64,000 nt of DNA from assembly GCF_006345805.1 (NCBI RefSeq), contig NC_043005.1:3596001-3660000 (forward strand), read 5' to 3'. The notes beneath the pieces are model-generated. The model did not search any database and was not told the origin of the DNA. It worked only from the letters and a program-made list of their open reading frames with translations. A program made the position numbers and the translations under genes. This DNA is from Octopus sinensis. Lineage: Eukaryota. Below are positions 50,002 to 63,879 of this stretch, piece after piece. Positions within the stretch are counted from its first letter, which is position 1; every line of letters starts with the position of its first letter.

Positions 50002-51052
50002 CAATAAACAGCCTAGACAAGCTTACACAGTGAACTGCAAGCAATTGACTGTTTATGAAATGATTGTTTACAGCTTTGCAAACACAGTCTTCCATTGTGT
50101 CACATAAAAGAGCAGCCTTACTGGCACTCCGTAAAAGAGCACCCAGTGCGCTCTGTAGAGTGGTTGGCGTTAGGAAAAGAATCCAGTTGTAGAAACCATG
50201 CCAAAACAGACAACTGGGGCCTGGTGCAGCCCTCTGGCTTGCCAGCTCCTGTCAAACCATATAACCCATGCTAGCATGGAAGACGGATGTTAAATGATGA
50301 CGAGATACATATATATCATCATCATCATCGTTTATCGTCCGCTTTCCATGCTGGCATGGGTTGGACGATTTTGACTGAGGGCTGGTGAACCAAATGGCTT
50401 CACCAGGCTCCAATCTGATCTGGCAGAGTTTCTACAGCTGGATGCCCTTCCTAACGCCAACCACTCTGAGAGTGTAGTATATATATATATATATATTTAT
50501 TACTTGTTTCAGTCATTAGACTGTGGCTATGCTGGAGCAGTGCATACCCCAAAGAAATTTTTTTTAGCTGAACGAAATGACCCCAGTATTTACTTTTTTA
50601 AAGCCTAACACTTATTTTATCAGTCACTTTTGCCAAACCACAAAGTTATGGGGGCATAAACATACCAATACCAGTTGCAAAGCATAGTGGGACACACACA
50701 CACACATTATATATGATGGGCTTTTTTCAGTTTCTGTCTACCAAATCCATTCGCAAGGCTTGGGCCGAAGTTATAGTAGAAGACACTTTCTCAAGATGCC
50801 ATAGTGTTACAGATCCTGGAAGCATGTGGTTGGGGAGCAAATGTCCGACCACACAGTCACGCTTGCGCCTACGAGAGGAAATTTAAAGGAAAAATACCCA
50901 ACTTTCTTTTGGCTTGATATATAGAGACACTGAGTAAAGCTTATGAAACCCTGGACATTACAAGGAAAGAGCAGAAGAGCCATCAAGAAGATAGGCTGCT
51001 AAGAAAGCCACTAGATGGCTCTGGCTGAAAAGAGGTGACTTATAGTGTCAGT

Positions 51053-51449
51053 ACAGGGGCCAGATTAAGACCCATCAAGGCCCTGAGCACTTAAAAGATT
51101 TTGGTGCCCCCATAAAAGATTATGTAATTCAAAATATAAGCAATAATGAAACAAAACAGTAAAAGGGAAATAATGTTCATTTTAGTCTCCTTCCACTTTA
51201 TTTAGATTTGCAAAGTTTCCTCCTACTTTTTTGAATTGCAAAGTCTTTGATCAGATCCTCAAAATTAATCTTAGGTAAAACATTTGCATCTATACTTAGT
51301 AGAAATAAAGGCATCCCGAATATTATTTTAGAAAGTTTAAAGGGATTTCTTTTGGCGCTGTAAACCCGTTACCATTTCTGTGGAGCTCCCTTTTTTCCTT
51401 GATGCCTTAAGCAGGAACTTATTTTGCTTAATGGTTAATCCCGCATTGC
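51053..51449. mobile_element. hAT-like MITE (decayed)
   Basis: Imperfect TIRs caggggccagattaa / ttaatcccgcattg, plus internal inverted catcaagg/ccttgatg. Confidence 0.45.
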
Positions 51450-51472
51450 ATCAGTAGCAGATCCAGGCTTAA

Positions 51473-51691
51473 CCCTTTAGCATTTAAACCGGCCATATCC
51501 AGCCTAAATATTTTACCTCTTTTATGTTCAAAACCAGTCAGATCCTGTCTCTTACACCTATCCTACAATATCAATCCCAACGTAGAGTCACATCATAGAA
51601 ATCTCAAAGCTATGAGAGAATGCATGATTAATTCAATACAATGTGAAAAAATAAGCATCACATTTGGTAGAATAATCTGAATACTAAAGGG
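51473..51691. mobile_element. piggyBac-like MITE (219 bp)
   Basis: TTAA TSD at 51469-51472 and 51692-51695. TIR CCCTTTAGCATT / AATACTAAAGGG (11/12). A partial relative lies near 25785-25910. Confidence 0.75.
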
Positions 51692-54500
51692 TTAATCAAC
51701 ATAGGTCAAATCATCTGGATGAGGATGTAAGTTGTAAGAACAACTAATGATCCTAGGATACAACATGGACGATGTGACAAAGTATCGCAGCCGTAACTGA
51801 ATGTGGAACGCATCACTATTGAAGCATATTTGCATAGTCTCTTCAGCGATGCATTGTAGATCTAGATTGCTATGTAGATGACATCTGTGACAAGAATATC
51901 AAGAGTAAAAGGTAACATTATCTGTAAAAGGGGTGTCTGACATTAGAACTTACAGTGAGAGAATCATTAACTCTGTATTATAACAATACTGCATGACACA
52001 GCATCAGGTAGCCAGTTGTGAAAGGCATGATATCACAGTAATCCTACTAACCTTGCTTACATTCATTTTTAAAAACATGAGGAACTTACTAATGTAACAA
52101 AGAAAACTAATCCTCCTTCTGCCATTTCTTTCTGTTCTGTAACGGAAATATTACAGGAGAGGGCAGCTAACTTGAAAAATTTTCAATAGAAGGTGAAGGG
52201 TTATTATATCGAAGGAAGACTGTGGTAGATATTTGCCAGACTTTTGAATACACCAGAGACAGCCCCATCAATATGTCAATGAACTGGTTTGATAGGAAGC
52301 TTTCAGTCCAAAACATGGGAGAAAGAGAGCAAACCCAGTGAAGATTGACTTATCCAGACACAGTGCTGCTTCTGGTTGTTGTTGTTGTTGTCGTTTAGGC
52401 AGAGGTCAGCCCTGGTCAAGCAAACTTGTATTCAAATACATTGAGAATTCATGGAAGAATTCATGCGCGCGTGCGGGCAGCTGAAAACCTGGGTTACGAC
52501 GATCAAGGAGGGCCTCTCCGTGCTCACGGGACCGCAAGTGGTTGGCCTGCACCGATGGAACCGTGACTGGCTCGCTATCTCCAGTGAACTGGCACAGGAC
52601 CGTCATGCGTGGGCTGCCATGGTTCAAGATGCCTTGAGGGTGGTGGAAGAAGCAGACTCAACCCACCCAGGGTGAATGTCGCCACAAGTAAGTAAGTATT
52701 CAAATACACTCCAGTTGTGAACATCCAAAATGTTTTTTCTCCTTTCGCTTACTGTATCTAGAACTACATCAACCAAGGTCTCTTTCTTTTGTTTTTTAAG
52801 GATCTGAGGGACATTCAGCTGCTATTTCTTGCAGGTCAAACAACCAGAGAGAGACTCTTTTGCTGGCGTATAAGCCAGACATAACTGAAAGTTTCGTGAA
52901 TGTCAATAACAAGAACATGGCTTTCACAAAAATTCTCAAAATGAAGAGTTAACAGGTTCGTGATATAAAGGTGAGAAAGATCTTCAATAGAACTGGCATT
53001 ACAGAAACATGATTGATGGTGACTAAAGAAGCCAAAAGAAGACTGAAGAAAGGTGGAGGCGGCAGTGGTGGTGGTGATGATTTACAACAGTATCCTTTGT
53101 TGTTGTTGTTATCAGAAAAGGACAAGCAATCAGTCTGGAGTTGGCAAGGTCAGTGATGTTGCCCCTCTTCATAATGGAACACACAACCTGAACACAGAGA
53201 TGATTTAGGGACAAAGTTAAATATAGTCTTCAGTCCATCAGCCTCTTGCCCCTGACAGCTCTCTCCCCCGCTCCGTCTCTCATCTACCAAAATATTGATT
53301 TCTGACATTGGCATAAGGCCACAATTCTTTCTCTCTTTTTTTTTTCTGGAGGGGGGTGCAGAGGGTAAATCAATTCAATCACCCCCCACCCCCACACCCT
53401 GACTATCCATTGAAAATAGTAATGAATAAATTGGAAGGGAAGAAAAGCGAATTAAACATTGGGCTATTATCAACAGATGTGTATATGAGTGGTTAATTCG
53501 TGTGTGTGTGTGTGTGTGTGTTTAAATAGACAGGCAGAAGAGAGAGCAGAGAAATAGAGAGAGAGAGAGAGACAAACAGCCAGAGAAAGTGAGAGAGGGG
53601 GGAAGGGGGGGGTTAACATATGTAAATGATAATAATGACTGACTGACTGTCCATCAACCAAAGCAGAATGGGATTGATGTGATGAGAACAACAACAACAA
53701 CAGGTTGTAAGCTTTATTCTTGGTTCAATATTAATCAGCTCCGACTCCAATCAATCAACTCAGAAGCAGCAGACTGCCAGAGATTGGAGTCAATAGTTGC
53801 CACTTGACCTGTTTGTATAATTAATCCTCCACATAACTCCCTCAAACCTGCTCAAACAACAACAACAACAAGTAAATCTTCTTTCAAACAAATCCTGGCC
53901 ATTTAAAAATGCAGGTAAAGGGCAGCACACACACACACACACCCACACACACACCCCACGTGTTCAATGTCTTCATTTTGAGAACCAATGAAAAACCAAC
54001 AGGGAGGAACGAGGTTCTCTTCACGCAAAATCATTTCTATCATTTTACTTATCCAAATCACTTTTGTAAATTTGTCTCGAGCATGAGTGTTACCAATGTC
54101 GCCTTACTGGCACCTGTGCTGGTGGCATGTGTAAAGAGATTCGAGCGAGGTCATTGCCAGTACTGCCTGACTGGCCCCCGTGCCGGTGGCACGTAAAAAG
54201 CTCCCACTACACTCCCAGAGTGGTTGGCGTTAGGAAGGGCATCCAGCTGTAGAAATCTGCCAGATCAAGATTGGAGCCTGGTGCAGCCATCTGGTTCGCC
54301 AGCCCTCAGTCAAAATCGTCCAACCCATGCTAGCATGGAAAGCAGACGTTAAACGATGATGATGATGATCCACATTCGTTTCCAGACTTTTAGTTCACCC
54401 TTGTTTCATATGTTCGAAGTAATATAAAACTTTCTTCTCATAAATCCCAAGTTATTCTAATGATTGAAAAAAAAAAATTGGGAAATTGTACCATATACAT

Positions 54501-54740
54501 CGGTTGTTCTCAACTGGGGTCCATATGGCCTTTGATAGTCCCAATAAGACTTTGTTGTTAAAATTTATTAGCAATAAATTAATTAGATTTCTATAAAACA
54601 CAAAATATTTTAACCATTTTTTTTAATAGAATTCCCCATAGCAATTCTAAAAATATGATAGGATTTTAAACATTGAATGGCTATGAGGGTCCATCCAAGT
54701 AAAACTGGAATCAAAGGTAAGAAACGGTTGAGAACCACTG
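54501..54740. mobile_element. hAT (Charlie-like) MITE
   Basis: Right TIR ggttgagaaccactg (reverse complement CAGTGGTTCTCAACC), left degenerate cggttgttctcaac. Confidence 0.55.
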
Positions 54741-56084
54741 ACATATAATGCATTTACAGGCCACGAAAATATGTCTAGGACAGGCAAAGGGTTAAGCTTC
54801 CATCTTCTATACTAGCATGGATTGGCTGGTTTGACAGGATCCAATGGATCTGTATCGTACACTTGTGTGAAATTCCTCTCTCCTTTATTACATATGCGTA
54901 CATTCGAATGCCCATCCAACAGCATTACAACGACCTCCATCTTCGTCGCAACCATCATGCCTCTCACCAACGTCATCAACAACATCTCTATCTACACTGC
55001 ACAGGTTCTAACATAGCACTGTTTGTGAACTACTTCGCCATGGTTAACAGCAAACATACAACCCACACAGATGCATGTAAATGTGTCAATAAATCTTTCA
55101 TAAACCTTCTACTCGGTTGTGCCTCTTCTCTTTTTCCGACTGGTACATTATATGTATTATTTCAACCTTCTGATATGAATCATTATTAGATGGTCACACT
55201 ACGCATCCCCTTGACCATTACAGATCCAAGGATTGCATGAGGCTCCAACATCTACTTTGATGTGATTCCTATGGCTAGATCTCCTTCCTAAGTTAATATA
55301 ATCAATGACCAATTCTTCTCTTAAATCAAGCACCTCTCTTTCTAAGGTCAATTGCAGGAACAAGATTAATAAGTTTTTAGAACAAAGGTGTACATGAAAT
55401 AATAAAGGTCCTTAGCAATAGGGGCCAGAAGTTGTAGCAGTCAATATTTGAAGTAGGCAGCAAACTGGCAGAATCATAAGCACACAGGGAAAAATGAAGG
55501 AGTGGTTGTGTGGTAAGAAGCTTGCTTCCCAAACAGATGGTCCTGGGTTCAGTCCCACTGGGTGGCACCTTGGGCAAGTGTCTTCTACTATAGCCTCAGG
55601 CTGACCAAAGCATTGTGAGTGGATTTGGTAGATGGAAATTGAAAGAAGCCTGTCATATATGTGTGTGTGTTTATGTGACTGTGTTTGTTCCCCCCCCCCA
55701 TCGCTTGACGACCGATGTTGGTGTGTTTATATCCCTGTAACTTAACGGTTCAGTAAAAGACACCGATAGAATAAGTACTAGGCTTACAAAGAAAATGTCT
55801 TGGGGCCCATTTGTTCAACTAAAGGCAGTGCTCCAGCACGGCCACAGTCAAATGACCGAAATGAATAAAAGAATTTCATCCATATTTATATTTTGAGTTC
55901 AAATGTCACCAAGGTCAACTTTGCCTTTCATTCTTTTGGGGTCAACAAAATAAGTACCAGTTGAGTACTGGGGTCAATGCAATTGACTCACCCACTGCCC
56001 CAAATTTGCTGGCCCTTTGCCAAAATTTGAAACCAATATTTGAAGGGGATGAGACAGTAAAATGATAGAGAGTATGTAATCTTG

Positions 56085-56369
56085 CAGTTCTATATTTAAG
56101 GGATGAGGAATTATTTACAATATTTACATTTGACGAGCATACGGTGTAGTGGCTAAGAGTGCGGGCTACTAACCCCAGAGACCTGAATAATAATAATAAT
56201 AATAATGATAATAATGATGATAACATTGAAAAATACCTTAGGAATGAGAACCCAGGTTCAAAATTTCCCCAGGATACCTGATGAAGGGTGGAGGGTATGT
56301 AAGCCAAAATGTTGTGTTAACAACAGACAAGATGAGAACAAATATCCATCAACTGTAAATAATGTAGAA
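56085..56369 (+). mobile_element. tRNA-headed SINE with hammerhead motif and inverted 5' segment
   Basis: 12-bp TSD TATGTAATCTTG at 56073-56084 and 56370-56381. 56085-56135 is an inverted copy of the family 3' end. A box ggtgtagtgg, (AAT)n, decayed hammerhead cctgatgaagg...gccaaaatgttgtgt at about 56274-56317. Confidence 0.78.
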
Positions 56370-57673
56370 TATGTAATCTTGTTAGATATTTCGGGTTCAA
56401 TACATGCAAGAGTCATCTTTACCTTTCAACCTTTGGGGATCAATAAATCAAAATACTAATAATAATTTCTGATTGAAGCACAAAAAACACCAGTAATTTT
56501 GAAGTGGTGGTGGGGGGGAGGTTGATACCATTGATCCCAGTTTTTGACTGGTATTTTGTTTTATGACCCCAAGAAGGATGAGAGGCAATGTGGCCTAGTG
56601 GATAGGCTGTTGCACTCATGAACATAAGATTGTGGTTTTGATTCCTGGGCCAGGATATGCAGTGTGTCCTTGAGCAGGACCCTTCATTCCACACTGCTCC
56701 AGTCCACTCAGTTGTGAGTAGCCATTGTGATGGAAGGGGATCCCGTTCAGGGGAAACTGTTGGGATCTCAGTCACTTATACACCACGGAAATCAGATAGA
56801 CAGGCCCTATAAGCTGTAAGGGCCTGAGACAGTAACGTCCAGGGGTTGATGATGAAGGATGAAAGGCAAAGCTGACCTCAGCAAAATGAAAATGCAAATC
56901 GTGCCAACATTATGCTGGAGTTGATATGAGCAATGGCTGCTCTTCCGAAAAAGGAAGGAAAAAAGCCTGAAAGAAATGGAAGCAAACAAAGGAAGAAATC
57001 TACAGAAAAAAAAAAACTGATTCAACACAAAACTACAACTGCAAATGGACCTCCTCATAGTCATTCATATTGCTAAAAATAGCAGCCAAATCACCATCAT
57101 ATTAAACCAAACTGCCGTTCAAAAAGAGAAGACAGGACATGGCAATGCAACAATATATTGTCCGGATTAGTTCATTTTTTTACAGTTAAACTCAAAGTAG
57201 ATAAAATTATAAATAATAACCTGTAAATATGGAGTTAAAAATGTTTTTGGATAGAAAAGTCAAAGGCTGTTCCATGGGACATCCTTCAACCTTTTCCATC
57301 TGAAGGGTGTCTTCTTAGCCTAATATTTACATGCCATTATAGCTTTATCTACTTCAAGTTCCACTGTTAAAAATGAATTATTTCAGGTCTCTTGAAGTTT
57401 TGAAATTCTTATGACAATCATTTAGTATATACACGCAAAAATACAGGATAGTCATGGGCGGAAGGTCTTTGATCACAGATCTGCTCGAGCAAGGCTGATC
57501 AAGAACACAACAACAGTCTAATCCCATATATCTTTCCACAGCTAAAAAGTAGCAGTTGAGTAGCTTTGTTTAGTTCCAGTAAGTAAAGGAATTAGTCAAT
57601 ATTATGTAGACAGTGGAATCAATGGAACCACTCCGTATCTCACACATACATAAACACATGCATTATACAAGAT

Positions 57674-57704
<31 letters not shown>

Positions 57705-58647
57705 AATACATTATACATCACATATACATACATGTGTCATGTATACATAATCATGCATATGCGCATATACATCTGCACACAGATGCACACACACACACAC
57801 ACATGTGCAAATGCACACGTAATGCACATATATCTGTAATTTCAGATAAATTGACAGCAAACCATAATACGTTGAGTGCATTAAGTGCATAAACATCAAA
57901 AGATGCACACATGCAGAGTGGGAGAGCAGAAGACTGACGACTGCACAGATAGCTGAAAAGCAGCAGCAGCACTTGTCTTCTGTTACTTCTCTCATACCAT
58001 TTAAGAGGCGGCACCGAGATTCAGCAATTGGTAATTCAGTTGACTGAATGTCATAACCCAGTTTTGATTCTTGGCTAGAATTGCTCCAGCTGTACCTGTG
58101 ATATCTTGCGGAAAAGTATGAACCTCACATTATCACTGCCATCATCATCATCTTTGTCATAAAGTCCATTTTTCCATAATGCTTGCATGAGTCAGACAAA
58201 ATTCATTGAGGCAGATTTTCCATGGCTGGATGCCCTTCCTGTTGCCAACCCTTACCTGTTTCCAAGCAAAGTAATATTTCCCTATGACCAGATACATATT
58301 TCATACAAAAGTAAAAGTAGGCCTAGAGGTTAAAGCTTATATGACAAAGATGCCCGTATACAACCATCAGGTGATGTCTAGACGTGGGCACACTCACACA
58401 CACACATATCATCATCATCGTTTAGCGTCCGCTTTCCATGCTAGCATGGGTTGGACGGTTCAACTGGGGTCTGGAAAGCCAGAAGGCTGCACCAGGCTCA
58501 GTCTGATCTGGCAATGTATCTATGGCTGGATGCCCTTCCTAATGCCAAACACTCTGAGTGTAGTGGGTGCTTTTTACATGCCACCGGCACGGGGGCCAGG
58601 CGAAGCTGGCAATGGCCACGATCAGATGGTGCTTTTAAAGAAGCCTG

Positions 58648-58726
<79 letters not shown>

Positions 58727-59859
58727 TGTGTGTTTGTCCCCCCAACAATGCTGGTGTATTTGTGTCCCTGTAACTTAGCCGTTCAGCAAAAGAGACTGAT
58801 AGAATAAGTGCTAGGCTTACAAAGAATACGTCCTGGGGTCAATTTGCTCGACTAAAGGTGGTGCTCCAGCATGGCCACAGTCAAATGACTGAAACAAGTA
58901 AAAGGGTAAAAGAGTATACAGCAAATGAAGTCCTAGTTGAGTAAAATAGGAATTAAAGGGGTCTATAAGAACCACTGTAAATAGGGATAAGTTGTGTTGG
59001 GAGGGAGTGTGTGGAGGGGGTAGGAGGGGGAGAGAAGTGGTGGATATGAGTGGCAAAGGTGGAGAGAAGGGCATCAATGGCAAATACAAGGGAGTGTTGT
59101 ATTGCAATTAGGGGCAAGTATTCCTTACCTACAAAACACACCAAAATACCCAAACTAGATTTGAACCCATGACATATATCATCAGTCAGTCAGCCAGGTG
59201 CACAGATGAAATATGCAGATTGCTGGTTAGTGTTAAACACATCCTCAAAATTTGTCTCCATTAAGAAAAAAAAATATAAAAAATAAAATACAAACACACA
59301 GAGTCTCATCCACCTGCTTCCTTAACAGACCTCTTCCACCTGCCTAATTAATTATTTGGGGCTGATCCTCAGATTATCAGTGGCTTTTGTGTGAAAGGTC
59401 TACTTGAACAGACTTGGGAAAGCCTTCTCAACACCACCATGAACAATAGCATAGTTGTCTTGTGGATTAAGATAATCCTGATAAGCTAACTGGAGTTTTA
59501 GTTATTGCTCTCAGTGCATAGACTAAGTGAGATGAAACACACACTAGTCTGTCTGTCTGTCCGTTCAACCAGATTGGTCTTCTGAGATTTCTATACAAAA
59601 GCATCACGTGAAAGAGTTATTTAAAGCATTTATGGTCCAATAATAACTTTTCTGGTTTAGACCAAGTATTGTTTGTTTTGGGTATAGATGCTTTGTGGTT
59701 GAGCAGTCTGCTTCCCAAACATTTGGTTCTGGATTCAGTCCCACTGTGTGGCACCTTGGACAAGTGTCTTCTGTTATATTCCCAGATCAACCAAAGTCTT
59801 GTGAGTGAATTTGGTAGACTGAAACCAAAAGAAGGTACCAAGGAGATACCCAAAAGAAA

Positions 59860-60290
59860 CCAGAATTTTCTAATATCATATTATTCACATAGTTTTACAT
59901 GTTTACGCTTTGGTCACCTTCAAAGAATTCTCCATTTGAAGCAAAAGATCAGGCTAGATATGTTTTCCACTGTTCAAAGCAGTCCTGGAACTCTTGCAAA
60001 GTGATGCCTTTTAATGCCTCCATTGTTTCCTTCTTCACCTCTTCCACATCTGCAAATTCCATAGCACCAGCTTTCATCACCAGTGATGACCTTCAAAATA
60101 AGGTCCAGATCAACTTCCAACTGCTCTTTCAGTTCACAACATGCATTCAGTTGTGACTGCTTTTGATCTTCCTTGAGAAAGCGAGGCATGAATTTTTCTA
60201 CAACTCTTTTCATTCGCATTTCCTTGCTCAAAATTTGTTGGCAGGGGCTCCAAGACAGACCAATCATAACATGTTCGTCAATTGTTCAGA
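59860..60290 (-). mobile_element. Internally deleted mariner (Tc1/mariner) transposase remnant
   Basis: MIGLSWS.CQQIL..KF.PRFL.EDQKQ..KVITGDESWCYG fused near 60057 to FADVEEVKK..FQDCFEQWK..ASNGEFFEGD. The rest of the catalytic core is missing. Confidence 0.85.
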
Positions 60291-62374
60291 AGTCATCTCA
60301 GTTCCTTGTCATCTCCTCTGTGATGCCTAATGTCTGGAGATCCTTTCTCACTATTTTGTCCCACGTCTTCCATATAACATTAAACACAAAATCATTTTAA
60401 GGTAGGTATATGTTAGGTCCCTGTATGTTCAAATTCCTGGGTACCACATGGATTTGAACTTTTGTCATCATTATTGCTAGTGACAATCTTAAGTAATCTG
60501 GTAGCAAACTTCCAACAGCTAGATAGAATAAAATATTCTGCCCAGAAAAGCCTGGACTTGAACTAATGACCTATGCGTAAGTAAACCAACACCTTATTCA
60601 CTTGGGCATCTCATCTCAGCACAAACAATATTAACTAGTGTGTGTGTGTGTGTGTGTGACCTGCTGTTATACTCAAGATCTTCCGCCAACATCTTAACAA
60701 AAAATGATTACAGGAAATATGATGCATTTTATAAGGATTAAGACTGCAGTCAGGACCTGTTCCAGATCCCTGGCCTGGGGAACCAAAGAGATGCCTGACA
60801 AATGAAGGAGAGGCCCGTGACTATTCACTGGGCCCTTCCTTAAAAAGAAAATAGAAAAAATTTGTTTCGGCATTTGAGAAAAAAAAATTATAAACGTTTA
60901 TATATGAGAGACAATGCATCATGAAAACAATAATCATCAAGAGTTGGATGGTTTGACAGGAAACCATGTGTCCAAGGGTTGCACCGAGCTCTGACGCCTG
61001 TTTCAGCATCAGTTTTATGACTGAATGCCCTTCCTAATGCCAACCACTTTACAGCATGGGCTCATGAAAACTAACGTGTGTGTGTGAGAGAGAGAGAGAG
61101 AGAAGGTACATAGCCTAGTGGTTAGGGGTGTTGCACTTACAATCACCAGATCGTGGATTCAATTCCTGGACCAAGCAGCACATTGTGTTCTTGAGCAAAA
61201 CACTTCATTTCATGTTGCTCCAGTCCACTCAGCTAGAAAGGGGTAACCCTGGAATGGATGACCCTTCTGATCAGGGGAAATTTTGGCCTACTCACCTAAG
61301 TAGTGGAGTGGCATCATTCAAAAGTTTAAAAAGTATAAAGCGCATTGTGACTAGTGATGTATAACAACATCTGATAATCTGATCGATCATGTGATATATA
61401 TATATAACCACATCACCTACCCCTACCTTTTGTCCACTCCTGCTGTCAGTTATCCCTAGTGATTATTCTACCCCCAGGCTTACAGACTGATGACTGGATC
61501 TGCTCATCCTCATCCCTTCTCTACGTTTATGTAAGAGATTACATTGGACCATTCCCCTGTCTCTAGAATTTTCTCTCTATCACAACTCATCTTTCTCCAC
61601 AACCAACCACCATACACACTAACCTCCAGGCCACCTCCATTGCCACACATCACTCCATAATGACTGGAAAATGGAGCGAATGTCTATAGTGCTAGTAGCA
61701 ACCACAAAACACACTTAATATACACCAAAGTGGTTGGCAAACAAGGAAGAAAGGAGTGCTTGAAGGTCTTAAGTCCCTTTATTCAACCTCTTCAGGATTG
61801 GTGTCATGAGAAACTGTATCCAATACACTCTGTATAGTGATTGGTGTTAGAAAGACCATCTGGCCGTAGAAAGCAAGTCAGAATGACATGTGAGCGCCAG
61901 TCTGGGAGAACAATTGCCCCTTGTCCAGAAGAGGAAATGATTCAGTTTGCGAGATGACCCAACCAACACCTGCCAGATTCAAAAGCTAATGTCAAAATTT
62001 CATATAAATCCATACATGTGTACATATGAATATCTGTGAATGAGTATGCATGTAAGTGTGTGTGTGTGTGTGTGTGTACACACATACACACATATATATT
62101 TCTTTACTGCCCACAAGAGGCTAAACATAGAGGGGACAAACAAGGACAGACAAACGGATTAAGTTGATTACATCGACCCCAGTGCGAAACTGGTACTTTA
62201 TTTATCGACCCCGAAAGGATGAAAGGCAAAGTCGACCTCGGCAGAATTTGAACTCAGAACACATACACACTTATTCTCTGACTGATAAAGCCAAAATTAG
62301 AATTATAACTTCCCAGCACCATGGCAGTACTGCAGCATGGGCTGAAGTACAGCGGTTTGAAATACTAACTGAAA

Positions 62375-62414
<40 letters not shown>

Positions 62415-62639
62415 ACAGCAAAAAGAATTGCATTACCACCGAAAATAAATGAAACTAAATTCAAATAAACACACATTGTTTGTTTCCCATTCCCCCCCCA
62501 CCACCACCACCACTCTATTTTCTCTTTAAAGAGAAAAGCTAATGCACCACCACCACCACCAGCCACCAGTTATTTATAGAAGACACTAGTTCTGGATGTA
62601 TGTCAAAGTATTTGTCCTGCGTCTGTGTGTGCGTGTGTC

Positions 62640-62670
<31 letters not shown>

Positions 62671-63659
62671 CTCAGTCGAAGCCAGCCTGCCTCGTTAAAA
62701 AGCAGACAAATATTATACAAGGGTGACAGCTAGGAAGAAGTGAAATAATCTATAGGCAACAGGCAACTTCATTTCTTTTTTTCTTATTTATTTTTTGCTC
62801 ATACGTTTCCAGTATTTTTCTTTTTTTTTTTGAGACGGATTTCTGCAACATATACACAATGTGTAAAGTGTGACTCCGCCCTTATGCAAAACGGAATGAA
62901 AAGAGAGAGAGAGAGAGAGAGAGTGAGAAGATAAAGAAAACACTCTCCCCTCAAAAAGGGAAATTGTAAAATACAAAACTATCCCATTGATTTAAGTTGC
63001 TTTGATAAATGCTTATGTTGGTACATGTACTTAATGCATGTAGCATGTACACACACACACGCATAAATAAATGGATAAAGGTCTTTCCAGAGTCGTATAG
63101 GCTCACAGGACCAGTTTCCCAGTTTACTTGGCACATGCTTTCCCCCCTGGATAGGACACCAGTCCATCACAGGGTTAACTCATTCTAACTAGCTAAGAGA
63201 ACAGGAGCAATGTGACCTGAAGTGTTTTGCTCAAGAATGCAACACGTCGCCCAGTCAAGGAATTGAAACCACAATCTTACGATCATGAGTCCAACACTCT
63301 TACCACAAAGCCATGCACCTCCACACACAACCAGCTTCTTTCAGAGTCTGTCCACAAATCCACCAATAAAGTTTTGGTCAACATGGGGTTAAAGTAGAAG
63401 ACACTCACCCGAGGTGCCATGCAGTGGAAGTGAACCTGACGCCACACAGTTGAGAAGCGTTTGAACCACACAGCCATGTCTACTTAGAAATATCAAAGCA
63501 CTTTCAGCACAAGAACAAAATGCCTAAGGCTGTTGTTGAGAAACAGTATCCCTCATCACAAGTACAAGTCTCTCACACACACCATCCATCTTTTATAACT
63601 TGCTTTATTCTAGTTAATGTTCCAGTGATAACAACTGGCTCCATCATCATCTTTTCTTA

Positions 63660-63879
63660 CTTCTTTATTGCCCACAAGAGGCTAAACATAGAGAGGACAA
63701 ACAAAGGGATTAAGTCGATTACATCAACCCCAGTGCGAAACTGGTACTTTATTTATCGACCCCGAAAAGATGAAAGGCTAAGTAGACCTCGACGGAATTT
63801 GAACTCAGAACGTAGCGGCAGACGAAATACCACTAAGAATTTCGCCCAGCGTGCTAACGATTCTGCCAGCTCACCACCT
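63660..63879 (-). mobile_element. tRNA-like-headed SINE (family C), full length
   Basis: Head ggtgagctggcagaatcgttagcacgc, ctgagttcaaattcc B box, body gactttgcctttcatcctttcggggtcgataaa, tail gtttagcctcttgtgggcaataaagaa. Further copies at about 2355, 27781-27971, 32900, 40840-41040, 62099-62260 and many fragments. Confidence 0.85.

Noticed and set aside
53023-53214. Possible RNF11 exon 1 or other coding exon (acceptor ttcag near 53195)
   Set aside because: No MGNC start or PPPY motif in any frame, and no recognisable homolog. It might be UTR but is unsupported.
57927-57981. CTGACGA...GAAA motif flanked by cagaaga/tcttctg
   Set aside because: There is no stem II closing pair, stem III cannot form, and the base at the cleavage position would be G. 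Probably chance.
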